The notes under the pieces are model-generated. The model saw only the letters and a program-made list of their open reading frames with translations, ran no database searches and was not told where the DNA came from. DNA of 64,000 nucleotides, taken from contig JADHSL010000001.1 in assembly GCA_016776925.1 (NCBI GenBank), positions 28,311 through 92,310 on the forward strand. Reading direction: 5' to 3'. A program made the position numbers and the translations under genes. This DNA comes from Pirellulales bacterium (GTDB taxonomy: Bacteria; Planctomycetota; Planctomycetia; Pirellulales; UBA1268). Positions 54,908-64,000 of the stretch are shown one piece after another; within the stretch, counting starts at the first letter, position 1, and every line of letters starts with the position of its first letter.

Positions 54908-56482
54908 TTATTCAGAAACCGGATTGTGGGTCGGATTATCTTGTAATTGCCTTGACAGTTTCCAATCTCGTCGCTGCCGTGAACTTGGGATATTCATTGC
55001 TTTTCGATATTTGGTGACTGTTCTACGTGCGACAGTGATGCCCTGCTTCGCAAGTTCCTCAACTAGTTCATCATCACTAAATGGCTTTTCTTTGGATTCG
55101 TCGAGGACAATCTCTTGAAGCTTTTTACGAACTGCGTCCCAGGCAACTTCACCGCCGTCGGCGTTTACCGTGCCACCAACAAAGAATTTCCGTAGTGGGA
55201 AAAGTCCTCGTGGTGTCTGAAGCCATTTGTCGTCAACAGCACGGCTCACGGTGGTGACATGCATACCTATACGATCAGCAATTTGTTGCATTTTCAGCGG
55301 CTCGATCGCTTCTGGACCCTCACTAAAAAAGCGAGTTTGGTGATCAACAATAGCCTGTGCCGTTTTGAGTAGGGTGCCTCGTCTTTGCTCAATGGCCTCT
55401 ATAAGCCATTGCGCAGAATTGATTTTCCGTTTGATATATTCCCTGGTCTGAGCGTCCGTATCAGAAGATTGTAGAATTCGCCTATACGTTGGGCTAATGC
55501 GAAGGCTTGGCAGGTCAACGTCTTCAAGCCGAACTTTCCATGTGCCATCGGTTTGCTGTTCAGCAAAGACATCAGGTTTTACAGGTGGTACAAGGGGCGT
55601 AGTGAAGATCGCGCCGGGCTTCGGATCAAGACTGTGCAGAATGTCACGAAGGTTTTCGATTTCTTCGATCGTAAGTCCCGTTTTGCGCTCAATTAGCGGG
55701 AGTCGGTTTGCCGCAAGATTTTCAAGATGATCCTGAATGAGTTGTCGAATGTGCGCAGCATAAGCCACTTCGTCTGGAACCTGCAGGAGGAGGCACTCTT
55801 TGAGATCACGGCCGCCGACACCTCGCGGATCCATGCTTTGCACGATATGAAGACCTGATTCAAGGAGTGATTTTTGTTCTTTGAAGAAAGCTTCCTTGTC
55901 TTCGACCAAAGACTGTCCAGTTGAGTCTGTTGGTGGAGCATCCACGAGTTCGTCAAGAGGCATTGGTAGGTATCCATTTGCATCAAGATTAAAGATGACT
56001 TTATCGGCAGCTTTCTGAATTTCCGGCGATGTTTCGTAATTAGCCAACTGGTCATGGAGATGGTTGAAGAGGGTCTCAGGGCGATCTTCCATGTTCGCAA
56101 TCGTGTCAAAATAGCGATCGGAGGTTTCCTCGCTTCGGCCTGCTGAAGGCCGTCGTCTATCTTCGTCAGTATCTGGATATTCGTTTGACCAATCGTATGA
56201 CCGCTCAAAGTCGTCTTTGTTCGCATGTTCCTGGTCGACGACAAGGGGTTGTTCAGAAGCTGTTGTTTGTGCTGCCTCTGTGGGAGTCTCAACAGGAGCG
56301 TTACTATCGATCTCAGGCTCAACTAATTCGAGCGTTTCATTATTTTGGATTTCCTGTTCGATTCGCTCTTCCAGAGCCAGTAGCGGGAGTTGAAGGATTT
56401 CCATGGACTGGATCATTCGGGGCGAAAGCACTTGCTTTTGCGCCATCCGCATCTCCTGACCAAAAGACATCCGCATCGACAT
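54908..56482 (-). CDS. rpoN: RNA polymerase sigma-54 factor
   Basis: QKQVLSPRMIQSMEILQLPLLALEERIEQE (region I) and the RpoN box ARRTVTKYR. I place the start at the ATG at 56482; the longer track ORF would overlap recR. Confidence 0.9.
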   Translation of the reverse strand: MSMRMSFGQEMRMAQKQVLSPRMIQSMEILQLPLLALEERIEQEIQNNETLELVEPEIDSNAPVETPTEAAQTTASEQPLVVDQEHANKDDFERSYDWSNEYPDTDEDRRRPSAGRSEETSDRYFDTIANMEDRPETLFNHLHDQLANYETSPEIQKAADKVIFNLDANGYLPMPLDELVDAPPTDSTGQSLVEDKEAFFKEQKSLLESGLHIVQSMDPRGVGGRDLKECLLLQVPDEVAYAAHIRQLIQDHLENLAANRLPLIERKTGLTIEEIENLRDILHSLDPKPGAIFTTPLVPPVKPDVFAEQQTDGTWKVRLEDVDLPSLRISPTYRRILQSSDTDAQTREYIKRKINSAQWLIEAIEQRRGTLLKTAQAIVDHQTRFFSEGPEAIEPLKMQQIADRIGMHVTTVSRAVDDKWLQTPRGLFPLRKFFVGGTVNADGGEVAWDAVRKKLQEIVLDESKEKPFSDDELVEELAKQGITVARRTVTKYRKAMNIPSSRQRRDWKLSRQLQDNPTHNPVSE

Positions 56483-56600
56483 GGGGTTACCGCTTGCTAA
56501 GAATATGGTGGTGTACACTCGTGTCGACCGAGTCGACGACGACTCTTCAAGCATACCATTCCTGATATCTTTCAGGATGAACCAATTGATACCTGAATTC

Positions 56601-57200
56601 TCAAAATGGCTGTCGGCTTGCGATAGCATCAGCCAGCATGTCTCGATTTGCTTGTTCTAGAGAGGCTCCTACCGTCAGCCCCCGGGCGAGACGGGTGATC
56701 GTTATTGGAAGTCCGGCGAGACGGGTCGCGATAGCGAGTGCCGTGCCATCCCCCTCAACATTTGGGGTTGTGCCCATGATGACTTCATGAATCACGCCTT
56801 CTTTGAGTCGAGCCACAAGTTTGTTGATCGATAATTGTTCCGGGCCAACTCCATCGAGGGGGGATAATCGTCCTTGTAGAACGTGATAGACCCCGCGAAA
56901 ACTGCCCGCCTGCTCTATCGCGAGAAGGTCTCGCACCTGTTCAACAACACACAAGACGTTTTGATCGCGGCGAGGATCCTTGCAGATGTCGCATTCCTCA
57001 TTTTCTGAAAGGTTGAAGCAGGTTTTACATGGTCTCAGATTTTCTTTAACAGCTCGGATACTTTCGGCAAATTCGAGCGCCTCCTCATTGGGCATTTTAA
57101 GAACATGGTAAGCAAGCCGCTCAGCACTCTTTTTACCGATACTTGGGAGACTGGCAAAAGCATCGATCAATCGACTGATCGGCGAATTCGATTGAGCCAT
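56601..57200 (-). CDS. recR: recombination protein RecR
   Basis: 199 aa. HhH N-terminus, zinc finger CKTCFNLSENEECDIC, Toprim domain. Confidence 0.92.
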   Translation of the reverse strand: MAQSNSPISRLIDAFASLPSIGKKSAERLAYHVLKMPNEEALEFAESIRAVKENLRPCKTCFNLSENEECDICKDPRRDQNVLCVVEQVRDLLAIEQAGSFRGVYHVLQGRLSPLDGVGPEQLSINKLVARLKEGVIHEVIMGTTPNVEGDGTALAIATRLAGLPITITRLARGLTVGASLEQANRDMLADAIASRQPF

Positions 57201-59008
57201 TATGTTGCTCCGCTTTCTTCCGTATTGGTTTCTTCTGCTTCACCCATGTCTTGGTGCGAGTTGACTGGCTTTCTTGGTGGATCAACTTTTCGAATGGCCG
57301 CATCAAAGGTTGTCAGGGCATGACTTACAAGTGGGTTCTGTACGGTCTCTTTAAGAAGACCGGCAGAAGATATGACCGTTTTCTTAGACGGCGTTGATTG
57401 TTTGCTGGACGAGCCATTCTGAGCAGGAATAGACCCCGAAGAATTTGTGGTTCCTTTTTCCTGAAGAACAACTGAATAACGGCAGGATTGACCCGTGAGG
57501 GTTTCCAATGCGCTTTGAAACTGTTTGGTGATTTCATTCCGACTCAGGAAAGCAGTTGCGGATCCTGCCGATGCCGGGAACTCGATCTTGAAATGGCTTG
57601 CCTCTTGTGAGACTGAGGCGGCCATGGCAGCAAAGTCGCTGGCAAGCCCCCCAACTAGTTCTCCTGCATTTTTCCAGATGACGAGTGGCTCAGCGCCTAC
57701 GCTGGGCGTAGTTGTTTTGTCTGCTGTCCAGGAGTTTGGCGTTTTTGCTTTGACGCTTGAAGAGGTCGCGGGTGCGGTTTGATCCGCCTTGTCGGCTTTT
57801 TGGTTAGTTGTTGGCGTCAGCTTTTTTTTTTCGTGCCGAAGTGGTTGTTTTTTTTCTTCGGTTGGTTGTATTCCTGAAATTATCTCACTGAGATTGTCGA
57901 GATCTTCAAGTGCGGCAAGACGAACAATTGCCATTTCGGCAAGAACGGTTGTGTGCGTGCTCAGCCGCATTCGTGCAAGTGAATGATCAATGATCTGAAG
58001 CATGGCAAGCATAGTTGCTGTTCCCGCTTGCTTGCCAAGTTCTGCAAAGTCGACACCACACGAAGTGCTGCCGATAAATGTTTCAGGCCCACAGCCTACG
58101 CTAGCAACTAAGCAATTACGGAGAGCGGTGAGCAGTTGTTCAAGTACTCCTCCAGCATCAGCTCCCTGTGTAAGGCACTCGTGGAGTGCAGATAGCGCCG
58201 CAGGAGAGTCTCGGTTGATAAGTGCTTGAGCAAGTTCACCAACTTTTTCATCTTTGCCCGTCCCGGTAATAGCATGAACATCTTCAAGCTCAATGTTCTT
58301 CTTATCACCAGCTGCGATTCCAAAAAGTTGCTCGAGTAGGGACTGGCTGTCTCGCATGCTACCAGCTGCTCGTCGAGCAATGAGTTCAAGTGCAGCAGGT
58401 GCGACTGTCAGGCCTTCACTCTCGACTATTTGTGCAAGGCGTTGTGCGATGGCGACCGTATCAACAGACTGAAAGTCAAATCGCTGACACCGAGACAAAA
58501 TGGTAATAGGTAGTTTCTCTGGCTCTGTGGTGCAGAGTACAAATTTCACATGAGGTGGCGGTTCCTCGAGGGTTTTCAAGAGTGCGTTGAACGCCTCTCT
58601 AGTTAGCATGTGAACTTCGTCAATAATGTATGTCTTGTGGTTGCCGTTCGCTGGCCTTACAGCAACGTTCTGTCGCAGTTGACGAATTTCATCGATTCCT
58701 CGGTTACTCGCTGCATCGATTTCAATTACATCCACGTCTTGTCCAGCGGAAATCGCCTGACAGCGTTCACAAAGATTGCAAGGTTCACCGGATTTCCGAT
58801 TGGTGCACTCGAGTGCTTTGGCGTAGATGCGAGCCGCACTTGTTTTCCCAACGCCTCGGGCACCGGTGAAGAGGTAGGCGTGGCCAACGCGGCCGGAATC
58901 GATCGCTCCGGCAAGCCCGCGAGCAACATGTTCTTGACCAATTAAATCAGCGAATTGCTGTGGCCGATACCGGCGAGCAACAACCTGATAGGCAGCCGGA
59001 TCAGCCAT
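57200..59008 (-). CDS. dnaX: DNA polymerase III subunit tau (and possibly gamma)
   Basis: RYRPQQFADLIGQEH, Walker A GARGVGKTS, zinc module CNLCERC, box VII SRCQRF. I place the start at the ATG at 59008, because the longer track ORF overlaps the SRP RNA. Confidence 0.92.
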   Translation of the reverse strand: MADPAAYQVVARRYRPQQFADLIGQEHVARGLAGAIDSGRVGHAYLFTGARGVGKTSAARIYAKALECTNRKSGEPCNLCERCQAISAGQDVDVIEIDAASNRGIDEIRQLRQNVAVRPANGNHKTYIIDEVHMLTREAFNALLKTLEEPPPHVKFVLCTTEPEKLPITILSRCQRFDFQSVDTVAIAQRLAQIVESEGLTVAPAALELIARRAAGSMRDSQSLLEQLFGIAAGDKKNIELEDVHAITGTGKDEKVGELAQALINRDSPAALSALHECLTQGADAGGVLEQLLTALRNCLVASVGCGPETFIGSTSCGVDFAELGKQAGTATMLAMLQIIDHSLARMRLSTHTTVLAEMAIVRLAALEDLDNLSEIISGIQPTEEKKQPLRHEKKKLTPTTNQKADKADQTAPATSSSVKAKTPNSWTADKTTTPSVGAEPLVIWKNAGELVGGLASDFAAMAASVSQEASHFKIEFPASAGSATAFLSRNEITKQFQSALETLTGQSCRYSVVLQEKGTTNSSGSIPAQNGSSSKQSTPSKKTVISSAGLLKETVQNPLVSHALTTFDAAIRKVDPPRKPVNSHQDMGEAEETNTEESGAT

Positions 59009-59094
59009 TGCACTCACTGATTTGGATAAAAAATGAAAAAACGCATTTGACGGGGGTTTCAAAGCCCTTATTGCGCAGGAAAATCTGCGAATCA

Positions 59095-59212
59095 GAGCGA
59101 CTGCCGATGAGAGGCCCACCGCACAAAGAGACGACTGCTTATGGCTGCTGCGGTTAAGCCCTGACCAGGTTCGCAGGCCTCCATCGCAGGGGCCCCTCAT
59201 CGGCCTCCGCTC
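59095..59212 (-). ncRNA. ffs: signal recognition particle RNA (4.5S type)
   Basis: The minus strand carries GAACCTGGTCAGGGC....GCAGCAGCCATAAG (domain IV motifs GGUCAGG / AGCAGCC). The termini pair (GCCGATGAGGGGCCC with GGGCCTCTCATCGGC). It sits in the classic position upstream of dnaX. The apical loop is atypical (CTTAAC). Confidence 0.75.
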
Positions 59213-59266
59213 TCACTAAGTTTTACGTCCTTCTCGCGGTTCGGTAAAGGCTGCTACATTCCTGAC

Positions 59267-61849
59267 ATGGCTTCCCCCATGATGCAACAATTTGAGGCAG
59301 CGAAGGCCCGTTGTCCGGGCGCTCTGGTACTGTTCCGGATGGGGGACTTTTATGAACTTTTCGGAGACGATGCAAAACGAGCAGCGGAACTACTTGACCT
59401 CACTCTGACCAGTAGAGACAAGGGACCAAATGCAACCCCGATGGCCGGCTTTCCACACCATCAGCTAGATCCACAACTCGTGAAACTTGTTGCGGCTGGG
59501 GAACACGTCGCAATTTGTGAACAAATAGATGACCCAAAAACGACGAAAGGTCTTCTGCGGCGTGAGGTGACGCGGATTGTTACTCCTGGGATCGCTTCAG
59601 ATGAATCGTTGCTTCAGCCTGATAGAGCAAACCATCTTGTAGCGATTGCGCCGGAGGCTCTTCTGTCACAAGAGAATTCTGGCAAAGAATTGTCTGAGCG
59701 TGACGCGACTATTGGAATTGCATGGATCGATGTTTCGGTTGGTCGCTTTCAAGCAGCAGTTCGAAATCTTGAAGAATTAAAAGATCATCTGTTGAGGCTT
59801 GATGCATCTGAGATACTTTGTAGTGAACGGGATCGGTCGTTTATAGAAAAAATCCTTGCTGAATCTGGAATCAAAACAGTATTGACTGTACGGCCTGAAT
59901 GGTGGTTTGAGGATAAGCAGGCTGAAGCAAAGGTGACCTCGGCAATTGGTAGCCTTCGTTTCGATGGGCTGGGATTTAATCTACCGGAAGAACAGTTGGC
60001 ACTCACTGCGGCTGGAGGAATCCTTGCATATCTCGATGAAAATGAACCGGCAGCAATCGGTCGTATTAAGACTCTTGCAGCCTGGAGGTCGGGATCACGG
60101 ATGGAAATTGATGAAGCAACTCGGCGGAGTTTGGAACTTATACGAGGATCTTCGCAGTCTGGACATCGTCGAGATGGTTCGCTGGCTGGTGTCTTTGGAA
60201 AAACGCGTTCGGCTATGGGGAGCCGGCTTCTGGTCGATTGGCTGAGTGCTCCGTTGGTTGAGAAAACTGCAATTGATGAACGAATAGACGCAGTCTCCGT
60301 TCTTGTGGATCACCCCGGTATTGCTAGTCAACTGACAGCAACACTTCAGGGCGTCGGTGATATTGAGCGATTGATAGGACGTGTAATGTCAGGTCGAGCA
60401 GGACCGCGAGACATTGAGCGAATCGGTCACGTCACAAAGATTCTACCGGAATTAATCACATTGCTTGGTAAGGCGGGTGCACTTGTGGCAACAGATGCCC
60501 CCAACGGGTCTACGCTACTGGCTAATTTCGGTGATCATCTTGATCCGTGTTTCGATCTTTCAAAGAAAATTATGGCAACGCTTCGTGATGGCTGTCCGAC
60601 GTTTGCTCGTGATGGTGGTTTCATCCGGCCAGGATTTGATAGTCGCTACGATGAGTTCGTCGAACTCGCGACAGGTGGAAAGGCGTGGATTGCGAAATAT
60701 CAAGCCTCAGAGAGTGAGCGGACGGGCATTCCAAGACTGAAGGTCGGGTTTAACCGTGTATTTGGATTCTTCCTGGAAGTTGGTCGAGGATATTCAGACA
60801 AAGTACCTTCCGAATATGTTCGTAAGCAGACCGTGAAAAATGCTGAACGATATACGACACCAGAACTTGATGAACGGCAGCGACAAGTTCTCGGTGCCGA
60901 GGAAGAAGGTGTTCGTCGTGAACTTGAACTTTTTGAGGACTTGCGAAATTTTGTAGCACATCATCGGGAGCGTCTGGATAATGTCGCGGAGCAGGTAGCA
61001 ACAGTTGATGTACTTTTGACCTTTGCGGATGTGGCCAGGTCGCGTCGATGGGTTCGGGCTGACATTTCTAATGACTCGGTACTTGCTATCGATCAGGGGC
61101 GACATCCAGTACTTGAGCAATTGTTGCCTGCAGGCACGTTGGTGCCGAATGATCTGGCGCTTGTTGGGAGACGTGCGGAGGGTGCTGGTGAGAATTCTCT
61201 TCCTTCGATCTTGTTAGTTACCGGACCAAATATGGGTGGGAAAAGCACGTTCATCAGGCAGGCCGCGTTACTCGCAGTCCTGGCTCAGGCCGGCTCATTT
61301 GTGCCGGCAAAGGCAGCGAGGATTGGAATAGTTGACAGATTATTCGCCCGAATTGGGGCTGGTGATGATCTTGCCAGCGGCGCGAGTACGTTTCTTGTTG
61401 AAATGTCACAGACAGCACGTATTCTCAACAGGGCCACTGAGAAAAGCCTGGTGATTCTGGATGAGGTTGGCCGGGGTACAAGCACATTCGACGGTCTCGC
61501 TTTGGCTCAGTCTGTCGTTGAGTACCTCTATAAAAAGCTGTATTGCAGGACTTTATTTGCAACGCATTATCTTCAGCTTGCAGCGCTCGAGAAATACTCA
61601 GGCGTCGCGAATGCCAAGGTTCTTGTCGAACAGCATGAAGGACAACTGATTTTTCTTCATCAGGTTACTTCAGGTGCGGCAGATAAAAGTTGGGGAGTGC
61701 ATGTCGCCAGGCTTGCTGGTGTTCCCGATGCTGTTATTAATAGGGCCAGGGATCTGTTACTCGCATACGAAGCTGGTGGAACACAGAAGTCTCCAAAAGC
61801 AAAACGTTCCCACGGTTCAAGCGAAGGACAGTCACTTTTATTTGACTAA
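59267..61849 (+). CDS. mutS: DNA mismatch repair protein MutS
   Basis: 860 aa. N-terminal MMQQF...FYELF mismatch-binding motif, Walker A GPNMGGKST, DEVGRGTSTFDG. Confidence 0.95.
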   Translation: MASPMMQQFEAAKARCPGALVLFRMGDFYELFGDDAKRAAELLDLTLTSRDKGPNATPMAGFPHHQLDPQLVKLVAAGEHVAICEQIDDPKTTKGLLRREVTRIVTPGIASDESLLQPDRANHLVAIAPEALLSQENSGKELSERDATIGIAWIDVSVGRFQAAVRNLEELKDHLLRLDASEILCSERDRSFIEKILAESGIKTVLTVRPEWWFEDKQAEAKVTSAIGSLRFDGLGFNLPEEQLALTAAGGILAYLDENEPAAIGRIKTLAAWRSGSRMEIDEATRRSLELIRGSSQSGHRRDGSLAGVFGKTRSAMGSRLLVDWLSAPLVEKTAIDERIDAVSVLVDHPGIASQLTATLQGVGDIERLIGRVMSGRAGPRDIERIGHVTKILPELITLLGKAGALVATDAPNGSTLLANFGDHLDPCFDLSKKIMATLRDGCPTFARDGGFIRPGFDSRYDEFVELATGGKAWIAKYQASESERTGIPRLKVGFNRVFGFFLEVGRGYSDKVPSEYVRKQTVKNAERYTTPELDERQRQVLGAEEEGVRRELELFEDLRNFVAHHRERLDNVAEQVATVDVLLTFADVARSRRWVRADISNDSVLAIDQGRHPVLEQLLPAGTLVPNDLALVGRRAEGAGENSLPSILLVTGPNMGGKSTFIRQAALLAVLAQAGSFVPAKAARIGIVDRLFARIGAGDDLASGASTFLVEMSQTARILNRATEKSLVILDEVGRGTSTFDGLALAQSVVEYLYKKLYCRTLFATHYLQLAALEKYSGVANAKVLVEQHEGQLIFLHQVTSGAADKSWGVHVARLAGVPDAVINRARDLLLAYEAGGTQKSPKAKRSHGSSEGQSLLFD

Positions 61850-62743
61850 TTAATGGCGGCCGACGTGAGGCTTTGAGTCGAAGTGGTGGCGGATAGTATT
61901 CAGTATCGCAGCCGATATGTTTTCCTGTGTCACCGTTTGAAGTGCCTGCCAACCCGGGACTGCATTGACTTCAAGTACCCATGGTGATCCATCACTGCCA
62001 GGTAATATGTCAACGCCAGCAATGTTGGCACCAAGTGCATGAGCAGCTAAATGAGCGAGTTGGAGCCATTCTTTCGGCGGAGTAAATGATTCAGCTCGTC
62101 CGCCACATGAGATGTTTGTCCGCCATTCGCCGTCTGCGGCAACTCGTCTCATTGCAAATGCCTCAGAACCAACAACAAGAATACGTGCATCCCAACCAGC
62201 ATTGGCAATGTGCTCTTGGGCTACGGCCACACCAGCTTCAGAAAAAAAAGGAGGAAGCTGTTTTGTGTCTCCTTCAAACAGGACAAGTCCTTGACCATTG
62301 GACCCAAAAATAGGCTTGAGCACCGCAACGCCACCGAATTCATCAGCACAACTTCTGAGGTCCGTAGATGATTGGACAATCGCTGACCGGGGAACGGGTA
62401 TTCCAGCATCCATGAGCCGTGTCGTTGTCACATATTTATCAATAGCTGATTCCAGAGATTTGGGATTGTTGAGTACGACGCTCCCTCTATTGGAAAGTCG
62501 TGCAAGCATGTCCATGCGGCTGATGACCTGCTCGAGTGTTCCTGCAGGCATGGTGCGGACCAAGATTGCATCTGCGTTGTGAAGAGAAGCCGGACGAAAG
62601 CGTTCCCCCTGCCTATCAGCAAAGGATCCTATTGTCCCCCAGTCGATTACAGAGCAGCAGATGTTTTGGGAAGAGCACGCCTTAAGAAGTTCGGCGACAT
62701 GCCAACTCTTGGCCGACCCTAGTATGGCGAGCGACGAAAGCAT
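61850..62743 (-). CDS. RimK-type ATP-grasp ligase, candidate tetrahydromethanopterin:alpha-L-glutamate ligase (MptN-like)
   Basis: 297 aa. VLKPIFGSNGQGLVLFEG and AGVDILPGSDGSPWVLEVNAVPGW. Immediately downstream of mch. Confidence 0.65.
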   Translation of the reverse strand: MLSSLAILGSAKSWHVAELLKACSSQNICCSVIDWGTIGSFADRQGERFRPASLHNADAILVRTMPAGTLEQVISRMDMLARLSNRGSVVLNNPKSLESAIDKYVTTTRLMDAGIPVPRSAIVQSSTDLRSCADEFGGVAVLKPIFGSNGQGLVLFEGDTKQLPPFFSEAGVAVAQEHIANAGWDARILVVGSEAFAMRRVAADGEWRTNISCGGRAESFTPPKEWLQLAHLAAHALGANIAGVDILPGSDGSPWVLEVNAVPGWQALQTVTQENISAAILNTIRHHFDSKPHVGRH

Positions 62744-62750
62744 TATGGGA

Positions 62751-63833
62751 TTAACCGGTAGCTAAGAAAGATTTTTCAACGATCTCTGGTGATATAAAAC
62801 CAAATTGGTGGTGACGACCGGAGTCAAGGTTTCTCAATTCGAGTATCGCTGGTGCAAAGAGGCCTGGATCAAGTGCGTAGAAGTCTTGGTTTGCCTGTTT
62901 GAACAAATCAGAAAATGATTCACCATGAAGATTTGAGTAGCTGCTGACAGCATGAGGACCAATAGCCTCTAAGCTGTCATCGTCACCGACTACATCAAGT
63001 CGTACGACACTGCCGTAAAGAATCGCATCGTTTGCGCAGCCAATTGCGTGGAGTGATCCTTGTATTTCAGGCGGAAGGGGGGCGGTCCCAGTGCCTCGAA
63101 CAATGCGTTCTAAATCAAAACCACGCTCGTGAAGTTGGTGAAGCGCTGTTTCGAGCGATCGAGCAATGACCTGGACCATTCCGGCCGGACTCTTTGTGGC
63201 GGCGACAAGTAGTGTAATAGCGTGAGTAGGGAGACCGGTTAGGGAGGCGAGTTCATGGCAGACAGTTTCTGGAGGCAGTCGATTCGTTTCGAGTAAACCG
63301 ACCGTTGTTTCCGGTTGTTCTCGACGACCAATCGTTTCAAAAAGTTTTTCTTTTCCGATTGCCGCGCGAATTGGTCCACTTGCCATCGCTTTGAAGTTCT
63401 CATGATCAATCTGCCAGCCTGCATACTGCGAGGCAAGGCAAGCGGATACGGGATCGTTCGAATGTACCTGAACAAGGGGCCACGGGCACTCCGGCCAGAT
63501 ATCTGGAAGAGACAGTGAGCTACTATTGGAATTCAATTCGGTTTTCCCGCGGCCACCCATTGCGACGTCAGCCATAATGACGCCGAGTTCCGCTGTTCCT
63601 TGAGCTTCCACACCACAATCAAGTATTCGTGTGCCAGAACAGTCAACGATAGCTGCCAGGTGTTTTTCTGGAGAGGCAAGAAGCCCACGAAGGCATAATG
63701 CTGCACCATCACTCAGTGACTTTACCGCAGGTGAAGAGCTACTTGTTGGAGTCTCTGTATTATGCAACAGGGAATGATATGTTAAGAGGAAGTTGGTGAC
63801 AGTGAATGCGAAATGGCCGGTGTGGAAATACAT
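62751..63833 (-). CDS. mch: methenyltetrahydromethanopterin cyclohydrolase
   Basis: GTRILDCGVEAQGTAELGVIMADVAMGG and later segments follow the Mch pattern. The 360-aa ORF is longer than typical Mch, so the true start is probably internal. Confidence 0.75.
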   Translation of the reverse strand: MYFHTGHFAFTVTNFLLTYHSLLHNTETPTSSSSPAVKSLSDGAALCLRGLLASPEKHLAAIVDCSGTRILDCGVEAQGTAELGVIMADVAMGGRGKTELNSNSSSLSLPDIWPECPWPLVQVHSNDPVSACLASQYAGWQIDHENFKAMASGPIRAAIGKEKLFETIGRREQPETTVGLLETNRLPPETVCHELASLTGLPTHAITLLVAATKSPAGMVQVIARSLETALHQLHERGFDLERIVRGTGTAPLPPEIQGSLHAIGCANDAILYGSVVRLDVVGDDDSLEAIGPHAVSSYSNLHGESFSDLFKQANQDFYALDPGLFAPAILELRNLDSGRHHQFGFISPEIVEKSFLATG

Positions 63834-63941
63834 GTCTCGACCACGCGTTTATCAAGACGGTATTTTGATTGGCCGCGAATGAAGTCGTGCCGTGCCTAGT
63901 ATTAGTGTACACCGATTGTTCTTATTTTTCCGGAGATTGTT

Positions 63942-64000
63942 GTGCCAAGCCTTACGGTGGAAAATTACATCAAAGCGATATATCAAATCTCTGTCCAGCA
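63942..64000 (+). CDS. DtxR/MntR-family metal-dependent regulator, first 19 codons only
   Basis: GTG start preceded by a GGAG ribosome-binding site. VPSLTVENYIKAIYQISVQ matches the characteristic N-terminus (TxENYLKxIY). Truncated by the window end. Confidence 0.45.
   Translation, partial: MPSLTVENYIKAIYQISVQ

Noticed and set aside
55693-56322. A 209-aa alternative-frame ORF within rpoN
   Set aside because: It is on the same strand in a different frame. The rpoN frame carries all the conserved sigma-54 motifs.
56483-56629. An N-terminal extension of the rpoN track ORF
   Set aside because: It would overlap the 3' end of recR. Sigma-54 region I (MSFGQEMRMAQKQ...) begins near the ATG at 56482.
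59009-59200. A 64-codon N-terminal extension of the dnaX track ORF
   Set aside because: The extension overlaps the SRP RNA. The conserved DnaX N-terminus begins at the ATG at 59008.
1-64000. CRISPR arrays, IS elements/transposases, and known defence or toxin-antitoxin pairs
   Set aside because: Reading both strands, I found no regularly spaced direct repeats, no transposase-like ORF, and no recognisable defence gene set. The only mobile-element trace is the integrase stub at 34301-34513.

Overview
This window reads as an ordinary chromosomal segment of a Planctomycetota-type bacterium. That assignment is an inference from gene content: tetrahydromethanopterin (H4MPT) C1 genes (fae, mtd, mch), futalosine-pathway mqn genes, DUF1080 and sulfatase genes, and secreted proteins with an LELLENRLAL-type N-terminus. 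I support about 55 protein genes and three RNA genes that the ORF track cannot show: tRNA-Met (anticodon CAU), RNase P RNA and SRP (4.5S) RNA.

Most of the window is housekeeping:
- Central metabolism and biosynthesis: aroA, mqnA, moaC.
- Replication, repair and regulation: smc, mutS, the ffs-dnaX-recR run, rpoN, nrdR.
- Ribosome-associated GTPases: rsgA, hflX.
- A carbohydrate/sulfatase block at 18-27 kb.
- An amino-acid ABC importer operon.

I saw no CRISPR array, transposase or recognisable defence system.

The one clearly accessory stretch is a 4.8-kb islet (29949-34710) next to tRNA-Met:
- It is bounded by a duplicated 17-nt core and keeps only the stub of an integrase.
- It carries three copies of a 29-nt start module that gives three different small ORFs the same MQDDPP N-terminus.
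- It also holds repeated hairpins, an orphan ADP-ribosylglycohydrolase, a frameshifted SNase-type nuclease and small secreted proteins.

Other points worth a second look:
- dnaX has an exact A AAA AAG slippery heptamer inside an A10 tract, and both shifted frames hit stop codons within a few codons.
- An ABC importer operon is tightly coupled to an ADP-ribosylglycohydrolase and an OvoA-C-terminal-like methyltransferase.
- An NRAMP-fold transporter lacks the canonical DPGN metal site.
- A FlgI-like/HEAT lipoprotein gene is translationally coupled to smc.
- The 5' end of a large secreted-protein gene carries long homopolymer tracts.

All functional calls come from reading motifs by eye. No database search was possible, so family assignments need HMM or BLAST confirmation.
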